From Pseudomonadota bacterium (GTDB lineage Bacteria > Bdellovibrionota_B > Oligoflexia > Oligoflexales > CAIMVM01), in contig JBAXBA010000044.1 of the NCBI GenBank assembly GCA_037142195.1, positions 1-28,196 on the forward strand: a stretch of DNA of 28,196 nucleotides, read 5' to 3'. Positions 18,860 to 27,529 of this stretch are shown piece after piece. Position numbers and translations under genes: made by a program. Positions within the stretch are counted from its first letter, which is position 1. Each line of letters starts with the position of its first letter. The notes beneath the pieces were generated by a model. It ran no database searches. It saw only the letters and a list, made by a program, of their open reading frames with translations, and had not been told where the DNA came from.

Positions 18860-20279
18860 AATCATTCTACCACTCGTAATGATGCAAATAGCAGCTATGA
18901 CTTTCGGCATAGGTTGGCTAACCTCATGGCTTGAATCTTCGCGCATGAGGCAACTAGAAAATATACTAGACACCCAAACTGATGTTGTTGAAGACGCGAT
19001 CGAATTTCGTGATGAAAAACTTCAATTCGAAATGGGGGGCGAATTAGTCAAAGAAATCAACGCCGACAAAAACTACTATTTCGCAGTTTTGACGACAAAA
19101 GGTGATCTCTTTAAAGAAACAGACGGACCTTCGGCTTCTGTCCGCGACAATCTCCGGTCTCAATTGATATCCCTTAAGCTCACCGGTGAGAAAATCGCCA
19201 AAGTCAAAGTCAATCAAGATGTTTGGCTTGTGTTTCGCGAAATTATTGACCGTGAAATGTTGAAACGGGAAAATAAAGCTGTCGAGGGAATCCATGAAAA
19301 TGGCAGACCAATCGGCTATTTGTACGCAGCAACAAATGCCGGACCCATGATGACGGAGCTTGCCTTCGTAAAGAGAACGATTATTTTAGGCTTAGCTGTT
19401 TTATTAGCCTTAATTACGCTGAGCACGGCCATTATTGTGTCGAGCATGACGTCTAACCTAAAAAAATTCGTCCAAAGTCTCGAGCACGTAAAACCAGAAA
19501 ATCCGCAGTGGAAACCTCCTTCGGAGCCAAACTCCTTGGAAGAGCATCTGCTTTTTGCGAGATTTCACGAAATGATGGCATCTATCCAAAAAACGACTGA
19601 GGCCCAGAGGCTTTTTATCGCAAATGCTTCGCACGAACTTAAGACGCCTATCGCTGGCATAATGATGTCGCTGGAGGTCATGCTTTCCAAAAGACGTAGT
19701 CAAGAAGAGTACGAGGCAAATGGAAAAAAGCTCCTGCTAACTGTTAAGAGCCTGAAGAGACTGTCTTCCGCTATGCTCGATATTTCAAAGATTTCTGAAC
19801 CATCTGAAGTCGTTTTATCAGCTGTTGAAGTAAGTGAGATCTTTGACTCTCTATTGACGCGCTGGGGAGAGCTCGCCTATCTTAAAAATATAAAAGTTGC
19901 TATAGATCCAAAATCAAACCCGGCTACCATTAACTCAAATCGTGATCTCATTGAGATCGCACTCGGATGCTTTATCGATAACGCCATAAAATACTCCGAT
20001 GCAAATGGTCAAGTTCAGCTTTTTTACGGAATAGAGTCGGGAGAAAACCGTGCCACAATAAGGATAAAAGACTGTGGCATAGGCATGAATGAAGAAGATA
20101 AGGGAAAGCTTGGGCAGGTATTTTTTCGCTCTAACTTAGCTCGTTCTGACGATACGTCATACGGTCTTGGCTACGCCCAAGCCCTCCGCATTATTAGCAT
20201 TCTAGGTGGACGCGTGGACGTCAACACCAGCTTAGGCGAAGGTACCACTATCACCGTCAATCTTCCGCTGATAGGTTGA
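18831..20279 (+). CDS. Sensor histidine kinase (2 TM, extracytoplasmic sensor, HisKA, HATPase)
   Basis: FIANASHELKTP H-box, DNAIKYS N-box, DCGIGM and YGLG. Overlaps the regulator stop. Start is GTG 18831 or TTG 18822. Confidence 0.93.
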   Translation: MWKKLPLNLRIILPLVMMQIAAMTFGIGWLTSWLESSRMRQLENILDTQTDVVEDAIEFRDEKLQFEMGGELVKEINADKNYYFAVLTTKGDLFKETDGPSASVRDNLRSQLISLKLTGEKIAKVKVNQDVWLVFREIIDREMLKRENKAVEGIHENGRPIGYLYAATNAGPMMTELAFVKRTIILGLAVLLALITLSTAIIVSSMTSNLKKFVQSLEHVKPENPQWKPPSEPNSLEEHLLFARFHEMMASIQKTTEAQRLFIANASHELKTPIAGIMMSLEVMLSKRRSQEEYEANGKKLLLTVKSLKRLSSAMLDISKISEPSEVVLSAVEVSEIFDSLLTRWGELAYLKNIKVAIDPKSNPATINSNRDLIEIALGCFIDNAIKYSDANGQVQLFYGIESGENRATIRIKDCGIGMNEEDKGKLGQVFFRSNLARSDDTSYGLGYAQALRIISILGGRVDVNTSLGEGTTITVNLPLIG

Positions 20280-20669
20280 GATCAGCAATTAGTTCGCAAC
20301 CAAAGGGGCAAAACAATGAAATTCCGAGGTTGAATTCCTGATGAGACGACCTATTGACTTTATATAAGCTAGAACCTGTTTTACCATTTGATCAAGTTGG
20401 AAAAAGTTCTGCAAAATAGACCTTTCTGGGCTGATTCAATGTTCTAGGTCTTGAAATTTAAGAGTATACCGTACTATTTTAGTGGATAAGGAGTCACTGG
20501 ATTCTCATAAGCTCTAAAAACCAACCTCCTCTCTCTGAAGGGAAATGGAAAGCCAGCATGCTCCCTATGCAGAGGGATTTTCGACGATCGCCAAAGTCTT
20601 TGGAGCAGTGCATGCTGTCTTTCCTACAGCATGACTGGTAATATGATTCTGCTCATTATTTCATATTTT

Positions 20670-21557
20670 TTAGGGTGCTATCCAAATATCGTCAATAACT
20701 GAAGCTGTTGCATCTTTTCTCTCGAGGCTGCCTAGACCCATACCTGTCTCAATCGTTTTCAATAGAGAATAGTGGTCATATCGTACGTTTGAAATTGCTC
20801 CGGCGCGTACTTTATGGCCCCAGATAGTATTGTAAATTTGGTTATTGCCAGAGCGACTTCCCTCATCAAAGGTGATGACCAAAGTCATGTCGTGAGTAAA
20901 CTGCGGGTTATTAAGAAGTGGGCCAAAAGTTTGTTGCAACCAGCGATCAGCAAAAGCAACGCCGGTATCGTGGCCGTCATTCTTAGAATTTGGCACGTAT
21001 AGCGAATAGTCCGGCAATTGTTGAGATGCGATATCGACTTTCATTTGTGCCGCATCAACGATATGGGCGCACCGGGAAGGGGAGCTTTGAATATTCTTTA
21101 TACTTACGAATGGTACGTGTTTTCTATAGTAGTTACGGTTGTTTCCGCCGAGAAAACAATTGCCCGGCCAGTCTTCCACATAAACCTTCCACGACTTCCC
21201 TTTCGACTCGATAAGATCAGCGATACTCCTTACGTCAATTGTGACATTTGAATCATCCGTTACACCATTGGTGTCGCCAGTCGTCATGGCGATATAGTTT
21301 GGTTGCGACGGGTGAGTCTCTGCATGAAAATTCTGCAAAATTGCGCCCTCTTGTCCCATTTTCTTGAAAAATGGCTGCCTCATGGCGTCTTGATAGTCGG
21401 CGTTTTCGAAAATGACAGTCATGACTTTCGATATCTCCGGAATGGATGGACTTTTGATTTGTGAAGTCTGGTTGGCGTAGGTGCCACAAGCGGTATATAG
21501 CAATGTCACCAAGCTTGCCAAAACACAGTATTGTATCCAATGAAACAGATTTTTCAT
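20670..21557 (-). CDS. Phosphoesterase-family (acid phosphatase/PLC-like) lipoprotein
   Basis: LYTA-C lipobox, VIFEN, THPSQPNY, RKH.PF, NDGHD, ITFDE and YDHYSLLKTIE. ATG at 21557 with AAGGAAGG RBS. Confidence 0.9.
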   Translation of the reverse strand: MKNLFHWIQYCVLASLVTLLYTACGTYANQTSQIKSPSIPEISKVMTVIFENADYQDAMRQPFFKKMGQEGAILQNFHAETHPSQPNYIAMTTGDTNGVTDDSNVTIDVRSIADLIESKGKSWKVYVEDWPGNCFLGGNNRNYYRKHVPFVSIKNIQSSPSRCAHIVDAAQMKVDIASQQLPDYSLYVPNSKNDGHDTGVAFADRWLQQTFGPLLNNPQFTHDMTLVITFDEGSRSGNNQIYNTIWGHKVRAGAISNVRYDHYSLLKTIETGMGLGSLERKDATASVIDDIWIAP

Positions 21558-21606
21558 AAGACGCCTTCCTTTTTTTGTATTTTTGATTCCATGATGCGTG
21601 CTCTGC

Positions 21607-21640
21607 ACTTTAGAAGGTCAATAATGAACTGTCAATGAAC
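21607..21640 (-). promoter_or_regulatory. GTTCAY-N5-GTTCAY box plus -10 element for the phosphoesterase
   Basis: Minus strand GTTCAT-TGACA-GTTCAT (21640-21624), 11 nt, then TAAAGT (21612-21607). Confidence 0.65.
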
Positions 21641-22214
21641 GGCCATTCAGGTCGTGTTAGGATTCTGTAAAAAAACAGCCGATGAACCGCACTTAAACCC
21701 ACCGAGCCCATGCCGCAGATTGCCCATGCAAAAATAGCTAATTATGGCGGCAAATTAGTTCATGCGGATTGCACCGCAGCAAGGGTTTACAGAGGAAATT
21801 CGAAGTTTAACAAAGGACTATTAATACACTAACCATTGTCACTAAAAAAGTCGTGTCATTCACTCTGCGTACCAGCGCGACCGCACTAGTATTACTGTAT
21901 TTCGCCCCTGGGGCAAGTGCCAGGGCTCGTTAGATTTTTCCTGCATGCAAGGTAAGTCGAATGCTAACCCAATGGCCCCAGGGCAAGGCCAATTTGTGTC
22001 GAAAAAAATGACATCAACGCCAAAGAGAGCATCGTCATTTTATTTTTGTGAAGTCCCAGTCAAAGCGGCGAGTCGCAAAAAAGTCCATTCTAAGGCGTAT
22101 TATGGCAAGTAGTATACGCAATCTAGCGCGTTCTCGTGAGCTTGCTGCCTTCGACTAAACACCAAATTTTTAAATAGGCTTTCTGAACTAAGAATAAACT
22201 GCGTCGCCAGAATG

Positions 22215-22283
22215 ATGAACGAACTATGAAGTTAGGATTTCTTTTTTTTGGTTCATAATTCGTTCACACTAACCACCTAAAGT
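22215..22283 (+). promoter_or_regulatory. Pair of inverted GTTCAY boxes plus -10 element upstream of secDF
   Basis: GTTCAT-AATTC-GTTCAC (22251-22267), 10 nt, then TAAAGT (22278-22283). An inverted copy ATGAAC-GAACT-ATGAAG lies at 22215-22231. Confidence 0.7.
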
Positions 22284-22354
22284 AATGAGAGAAAATGCCG
22301 ATCATGAGGTTGTCGTCGAGGACGCCGTGCCCCGAATTGCAAAGGAGACATAAA

Positions 22355-24604
22355 TTGTCACAAAGCCGCATTCCATTGTCCTTAATCGCTATCATTGGCG
22401 CGATTGGATTGCTTATCGCGACAACAATGCCATACATGGTTTCAAAAATGCGCTTTGGTCTTGAGTTCCGTGGCGGCTACGAAATCTACTACGTCGTAAA
22501 CCCGCTGCCAGGAAAAGACAAAGTCACTCCAGAAGACCTCGTGGAGACCGCCCATATTCTCGGAAGTCGGGCCGACAGCATCGGCATGGCTGAACCTGAA
22601 ATTCATATAGAAGGCGACAATCACATTCGCCTAAAGCTTGCCGGGCTGACGTCTGCAAACGAGTCGAGATCCCATCTCGGAGATCCCGCAGGACTTCCCA
22701 CCGTCTTAATAGAGAAGTACACGCAAACAGTGGGCAGCGTTTTAGGTAAGACCGCCCTGAAAGACACGATGATGGCTGGTGCCATCGGCATTGGCTGTAT
22801 ATTTCTATTGCTCGCGATTCTTTACCGAGGCGTCGGGTTACTAGCAGCCTTTGCAACGCTCGTCTACCTCTGGCTCCTGGTTCTCGTTTTCGTCTTGTCT
22901 CATGCAACGCTTTCTCTTTCTGCGGTGGTGGCCTTCGTTCTGGGCATAGGGATGGCAGCCGACGCCAGCATTATCTGCTTTGAAAGAATCAAAGAGGAAC
23001 TGGAGCGTGGCACAAGACGCACAGATGCCGTTACAAATGGATTTAGAGAGTCGTTCTCTACCATCAGAGACGCTAACCTTGTCACGGTACTCGCCATGAT
23101 CGCTCTATTTGTTGCTGGGATCGGTCCAATTCAAGGCTTTTCGTTAACGATGCTTGCAAGCATTGTGACCAGCATCGGAACGAATTTCTTCTTGGTACGT
23201 CTTTTGAGCAAGTGGCTGGCGGGCGCGGAGTCAGTTCCCATTTCACTTTTTATTGGTCGTTCACGTGGTTTCTTTGCCCACATTCTAGACCGTTTTGATT
23301 TCATTGGTTTCGGTAAAGTCGCAATCATTCTTTCTTCGCTCACCATAGCATCCGGTGCCATTTATTATCGTGCCCATGGCTTAAACCTCGACATTGATTT
23401 CACGGCAGGAACTGCCCTTGATATCGATCTTGAAAAAGCCATTGATCAGGATACTGCCACTCAAATCATGACCGAGGCGGGGATCGTGCCAGCTACGGTG
23501 GCTATTGGCGGAGAAAGCAATGGACATATTGCGGCACGTTTCGATGAAATCCTAAAGCCAGCAGACCTCAATAAAATTATCGAAGCATTTAAGACAAAAT
23601 ACGAAAACAAAGTCGTCTATGAAGAAAACACTGCCGACCCTGGGGTGGCTCAACAATTTGCAAGACGAGCTGTTTACGCACTTGTAGCTGCATTCCTCAG
23701 TATCTTTCTTTTTATAGGATTCCGGTTTTCGTGGCCGATAGCGTTTGCGACGATCGTACCCATTGCTCACGACACCATGTTGGTATCGGCGATCTTTGCC
23801 CTATTCAAGTTGGAAATTGACGTTACCTATATCGCTGCCTTGCTCACGGTAATTGGCTACTCGCTAAACGATAAAATCGTGATCTTTGGTCGAATCAGAG
23901 AAAACCTAGCAGTCGGAAACGTAACGTCGCTCAAAAATCTCGTCAACGATAGCGTGCGGCAAACCTTAGGACGCTCAGTGTACACGGTCCTTACGGTCGT
24001 CATGGCATCGCTTTGTCTTTATTTCTTTGCCTGCGAGCCTCTGCAGATGTTTGCGTTAGCTTTAGTAATTGGCCTTATTTCAGGCGCTTACTCATCAATC
24101 TTTATGTCGACCGCCCTATGGCTATCGTTTAAGGAAAAAGATAAAAGCAAATCTCATGCGCACTCGGTCTTAAGCCCATCGTTTGTTTCACACGTATTTA
24201 GTCTTTTCTTTTTAACAGCTGTCGCGTGGGCCGTAATGGCTCACGTTGAAAAACCAAGCGGTCAAGCAAACCATGCTCCCCATTCGCAAAGTTCTGCTTC
24301 CATATTGGTGGGCGGTCCGCTTGGCGATCTTACTCCCTATGAGGCGATCGCCAAAGACGCCTTGAAGATTGTCGAAGGTGGTGACCTTAAAGCAGCCAAA
24401 GCTCGCATCAAGGATCTTGAATCCTCTTGGGATGAGGTAGAGGAAAAGCTCTATGACATGAGTCCAGAGAGTTGGACTTCTATAGACAAATCCATTGATC
24501 GGGCTCTAGCGGAGCTTAGATCTGGAAACCCCGATGCCACTGCTTGCTCGGAGGCACTCATGTCGCTACTTGCAAAATTGAATTCGATGAAAGGAGCAAA
24601 ATAG
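22355..24604 (+). CDS. secDF: Atypical SecDF fusion: P1 head absent, extra TM and C-terminal helical domain
   Basis: SecD motifs FGLEFRGG, GMAEPEI, GMAADASIICFERIKEEL and TIRDAN. SecF motifs DIDFTAGT, GYSLND.IVIF.RIREN, TLGRS and GAYSSIF. TTG at 22355 after AGGAG. Confidence 0.88.
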   Translation: MSQSRIPLSLIAIIGAIGLLIATTMPYMVSKMRFGLEFRGGYEIYYVVNPLPGKDKVTPEDLVETAHILGSRADSIGMAEPEIHIEGDNHIRLKLAGLTSANESRSHLGDPAGLPTVLIEKYTQTVGSVLGKTALKDTMMAGAIGIGCIFLLLAILYRGVGLLAAFATLVYLWLLVLVFVLSHATLSLSAVVAFVLGIGMAADASIICFERIKEELERGTRRTDAVTNGFRESFSTIRDANLVTVLAMIALFVAGIGPIQGFSLTMLASIVTSIGTNFFLVRLLSKWLAGAESVPISLFIGRSRGFFAHILDRFDFIGFGKVAIILSSLTIASGAIYYRAHGLNLDIDFTAGTALDIDLEKAIDQDTATQIMTEAGIVPATVAIGGESNGHIAARFDEILKPADLNKIIEAFKTKYENKVVYEENTADPGVAQQFARRAVYALVAAFLSIFLFIGFRFSWPIAFATIVPIAHDTMLVSAIFALFKLEIDVTYIAALLTVIGYSLNDKIVIFGRIRENLAVGNVTSLKNLVNDSVRQTLGRSVYTVLTVVMASLCLYFFACEPLQMFALALVIGLISGAYSSIFMSTALWLSFKEKDKSKSHAHSVLSPSFVSHVFSLFFLTAVAWAVMAHVEKPSGQANHAPHSQSSASILVGGPLGDLTPYEAIAKDALKIVEGGDLKAAKARIKDLESSWDEVEEKLYDMSPESWTSIDKSIDRALAELRSGNPDATACSEALMSLLAKLNSMKGAK

Positions 24605-24691
24605 AGAAACCCTTTTCAATAGGGAAGTAACTTCCGAGAAAAATAGCAGGCTACAAACACGCCGCTGTCTTTTAGAAGAATTTTTTTACTT

Positions 24692-24723
24692 GTTCACACT
24701 TAGTTCATGAACAAAGTTATACA
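24692..24723 (+). promoter_or_regulatory. GTTCAY-N5-GTTCAY box upstream of the PepSY operon
   Basis: GTTCAC-ACTTA-GTTCAT (24692-24708), then the -10-like TATACA at 24718-24723. Confidence 0.65.
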
Positions 24724-24783
24724 AACGATAAAGTATTTTCTTTCTGCATAGCGAATCCTTAAGCAAAAAGAGGAAATTGTTGT

Positions 24784-25131
24784 ATGAAAAGCAGTATATT
24801 GGGTTTGAGTATTGGAATAGTCGGATTTATGCCCTTTGGCAATTATCTTTTAGCCTCTGAACATGCCAAAGCTCCCAGTCAAACTTTAGTAAAAACTGGA
24901 ATATCTGAGGAAGAAGCTAGGTACATCGGCATGAAACTGGTTCCGGGAAGAGTCCGGGAAGTCGAAAGAGAAAGACATAAGGGCGAGCAAGTTTACTCAG
25001 TCGAGATCCGTGCAGCTAACGGCTTTTCCCACGAAGTTTTGATTAATGCAGCCACGGGCACTGTCATCGAAGACAAGATTAAAGAGTCAAATCAAGACAC
25101 CGATCGCGACGAAGGTGAAAAAAACCGCTAA
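24784..25131 (+). CDS. Secreted PepSY-domain protein
   Basis: Signal peptide and ISEEEA..IG...VPGRVREVE....VYSVEI..EVLINAATGTVI pattern. GAGGA RBS. Confidence 0.88.
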   Translation: MKSSILGLSIGIVGFMPFGNYLLASEHAKAPSQTLVKTGISEEEARYIGMKLVPGRVREVERERHKGEQVYSVEIRAANGFSHEVLINAATGTVIEDKIKESNQDTDRDEGEKNR

Positions 25132-25163
25132 GTTATTTAGATCAACAGCATAAGGGAGATAAA

Positions 25164-25571
25164 ATGAATTTTTTAAAAAAACCTTCTACTATCATTTTGG
25201 CAATGCTTATTGCCATATTTTCGCTAATCGTTTCTAATGCAGTTTTGGTGACCGCTGCGATGGCCAAAGAGACTTCCTCGCCACTAGGCGATCTTTCCGG
25301 ATTTGAAAAGATCGGCAAAGATGTATTTAAATTTGTCGAAATTAAAGACTTTGAAGCAGCAAAGACTAAAATCACCGAGTTGGAAACCGCTTGGGACAGA
25401 GCCGAAGAAAGCTTGCGAGCTAAAGACGGCAAAGCATGGCGATTTGTAGACAAATCGATCGACAAAGCTTTGGCGAAGGTCAGAGCCGATAAGCCAGATC
25501 CAGATGAATGCAAAGAAGCTTTAAAAGAGATGTACATCCAAATGGAATCACCTGGACCTGGAAAAAAATAA
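25164..25571 (+). CDS. Secreted all-helical protein (LGDL...AWD.AE...W..VDKSID.AL family)
   Basis: Signal peptide (AMA) and GGGAG RBS. Gap-free paralog of the SecDF C-terminal domain. Confidence 0.85.
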   Translation: MNFLKKPSTIILAMLIAIFSLIVSNAVLVTAAMAKETSSPLGDLSGFEKIGKDVFKFVEIKDFEAAKTKITELETAWDRAEESLRAKDGKAWRFVDKSIDKALAKVRADKPDPDECKEALKEMYIQMESPGPGKK

Positions 25572-25622
25572 CTCTTTTTCGCAAACTAGACATTATTTCT
25601 AATTGAATCCGGGGAACGTTGC

Positions 25623-26243
25623 ATGATGGTTAGAGGTTACATTCTCAGCTTGGCATTATTTGCAAGCTGCGCAGACTCGGGAAAAAACTCCCAGGCCTCG
25701 GCAGAGCAAGTCATTACCGGAGAAAAAATAGACGCTAAATCCGCTACGAAGAATCCTACGGGACCAACTGCACACCTTCTGCAAGAGCCAAGCATTGCCG
25801 CAAACCTGATTCCAAACTTTCATAAGGTTAACGACAAGATTTTTCGAAGTGGTAGGCCAAAAATTGACGGAGTCAACGCTCTTGCAAAGATTGGTTTCAA
25901 AACGATTCTGTCAGTTCAAGATTACGGTTGGGACAAAGATGATCTAGATGATGAAAAAGCATGGGCAGCTGCTGCAGGCATAAAATTCCTGCATGTGCCA
26001 ATGCATGGACTAACAAAGCCGACTTTAGAGCAAATTCATTTGGCTTTGTCTTACCTTAATGATGCTAGCTACTATCCCATCCTCGTTCATTGTGAAAAAG
26101 GTAGCGACCGAACCGGAATTGTTGTCGCAAGCTATCATATTAAAACTGACGGTTGGGACATAGCGAAAGCTAAAATTGATATGTATAACTACGGTCACAG
26201 TAATTGGTTATCGTGGTGGGATTCTATTCTAAACAACATTTAA
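25623..26243 (+). CDS. Cys-dependent (CX5R) tyrosine/dual-specificity phosphatase-family lipoprotein
   Basis: LALFAS-C lipobox, PNFHKV...IFRSGRP and the YPILVHCEKGSDRTG active-site loop. Confidence 0.88.
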   Translation: MMVRGYILSLALFASCADSGKNSQASAEQVITGEKIDAKSATKNPTGPTAHLLQEPSIAANLIPNFHKVNDKIFRSGRPKIDGVNALAKIGFKTILSVQDYGWDKDDLDDEKAWAAAAGIKFLHVPMHGLTKPTLEQIHLALSYLNDASYYPILVHCEKGSDRTGIVVASYHIKTDGWDIAKAKIDMYNYGHSNWLSWWDSILNNI

Positions 26244-26252
26244 GGAGTTAAA

Positions 26253-27038
26253 ATGAATGAAAGAAATCGCGAACTCGTATCCAAAGTTCCTCAAGTTACT
26301 TTCCTGTTCTGGATTATTAAAATTCTAGCCACCACTTTAGGCGAAACGGGCGGCGATGCTGTTACTATGTCTTGGCTTGGTGAAACGACCCCCGATGGCA
26401 ATGGGCTAGGCTATCTCATCGGGACAGGTATTTTTGGCGTCATTTTTATCGTTTCGGTATTTGTCCAGATGAAGGCAAAGAAATTTCACCCTTTCCTCTA
26501 TTGGTTTACAATCGTTGCTACCACAACAGTTGGAACAACATTAGCCGATTTTTGCACCAGGTCGATAGGCATCGGATACACCGGCGGATCGGCCATTTTG
26601 CTGGCATGTGTGGTTGGGTCGCTAGTCATCTGGCAGAAATCCACAGGCAGTATTTCGATTGATACTGTGAACACGCCAAAGGTTGAGATTTTTTACTGGG
26701 TCACAATTATGTTTTCACAGACTCTCGGAACAGCCTTAGGCGACTGGGTTTCAGACACGATTGAAATGGGTTATCTTGGTGCAGCCGGCATTTTCGGGGG
26801 TCTTTTGGCCGTGACGGCCCTTGCGTATTATTACAAAGCACTCTCACGTTCTGTTCTATTTTGGATAGCGTTTATCCTCACCCGCCCCCTTGGGGCTGTG
26901 GTAGGAGATTTTCTCGATAAACCCATCGGGAAGGGTGGCTTAGATCTTAGCCGTTACTCCGCTACAGCTGCACTTCTAGTAGCGATAGTAGCCCTAATGC
27001 TACTATTCAAACAAGAACCTGCACATGAGGCACACTGA
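26253..27038 (+). CDS. COG4705 / DUF347-repeat integral membrane protein
   Basis: SKVPQVT..FWIIKILATTLGETGGD, YWFTIVATTTVGT..AD, YWVTIMFSQTLGTALGD and FWIAFILTRPLGA..GD (four repeats). AAGGAG RBS. Confidence 0.9.
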   Translation: MNERNRELVSKVPQVTFLFWIIKILATTLGETGGDAVTMSWLGETTPDGNGLGYLIGTGIFGVIFIVSVFVQMKAKKFHPFLYWFTIVATTTVGTTLADFCTRSIGIGYTGGSAILLACVVGSLVIWQKSTGSISIDTVNTPKVEIFYWVTIMFSQTLGTALGDWVSDTIEMGYLGAAGIFGGLLAVTALAYYYKALSRSVLFWIAFILTRPLGAVVGDFLDKPIGKGGLDLSRYSATAALLVAIVALMLLFKQEPAHEAH

Positions 27039-27285
27039 TTTGTTATGGGAAACAAGCTCTGATTGGAGGCGCTGCGCAGAATTCGTTAAATCCAAACACC
27101 ACTAAGCGAATGTCCGATCAGACATGAACAAGTTTTCTAATTTGCTGCCTGGCACAAAGCACACCTTGGACCCAGAAAAGTCTTAGCCGGCACCTCAGCA
27201 AATCATAACTTTGTACTTCTGAAGAACTGATGACCCTCCATGTGGCTGCCAAGGTTATTGAGCTCGTTCTGCCAGCTTCCCAAAG

Positions 27286-27318
27286 CAAAAAGGCCCCGGA
27301 ATCATCTCCCGGGGCCTT
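27286..27318. terminator. Putative intrinsic terminator hairpin
   Basis: 10-bp stem aaggccccgg / ccggggcctt, with an A-run on the left and a T-run shortly after on the right. Confidence 0.55.
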
Positions 27319-27529
27319 GCCTTTTAAATCTACAATCCAATCTATATTTCCAGGCGGTCTTGACTGTACAGAATTGGTCCGTGGTACGTGTGGCTCCTCA
27401 AATTGCTACAGATACCACAAATATGCCCTTTCGTGCAGTCTAACAAAAATTTTAACTTTCGTTAGAATCACGCCTCTGACTGAAATCGGTACAAAAATCT
27501 TGGATGTGCGCTGCCTATTAATTTGACTT

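Noticed and set aside
20606..20637. Hairpin cagt-g-catgctgt / acagcatg-actg after the phosphoesterase
   Set aside because: It lacks a U-tract on either strand, so it cannot be supported as a terminator.
21700..22200. Short imperfect inverted repeats (e.g. gcccctgggg / ccccagggc) suggesting an ncRNA or riboswitch
   Set aside because: No recognisable family motif. An Rfam or covariation search would be needed.
25142..25537. 131-aa minus-strand ORF and other short antisense ORFs within long genes
   Set aside because: They are shadows of well-supported genes on the opposite strand.
27230..27526. Short ORFs downstream of the DUF347 gene
   Set aside because: No RBS or motif, and they run through a terminator-like hairpin.
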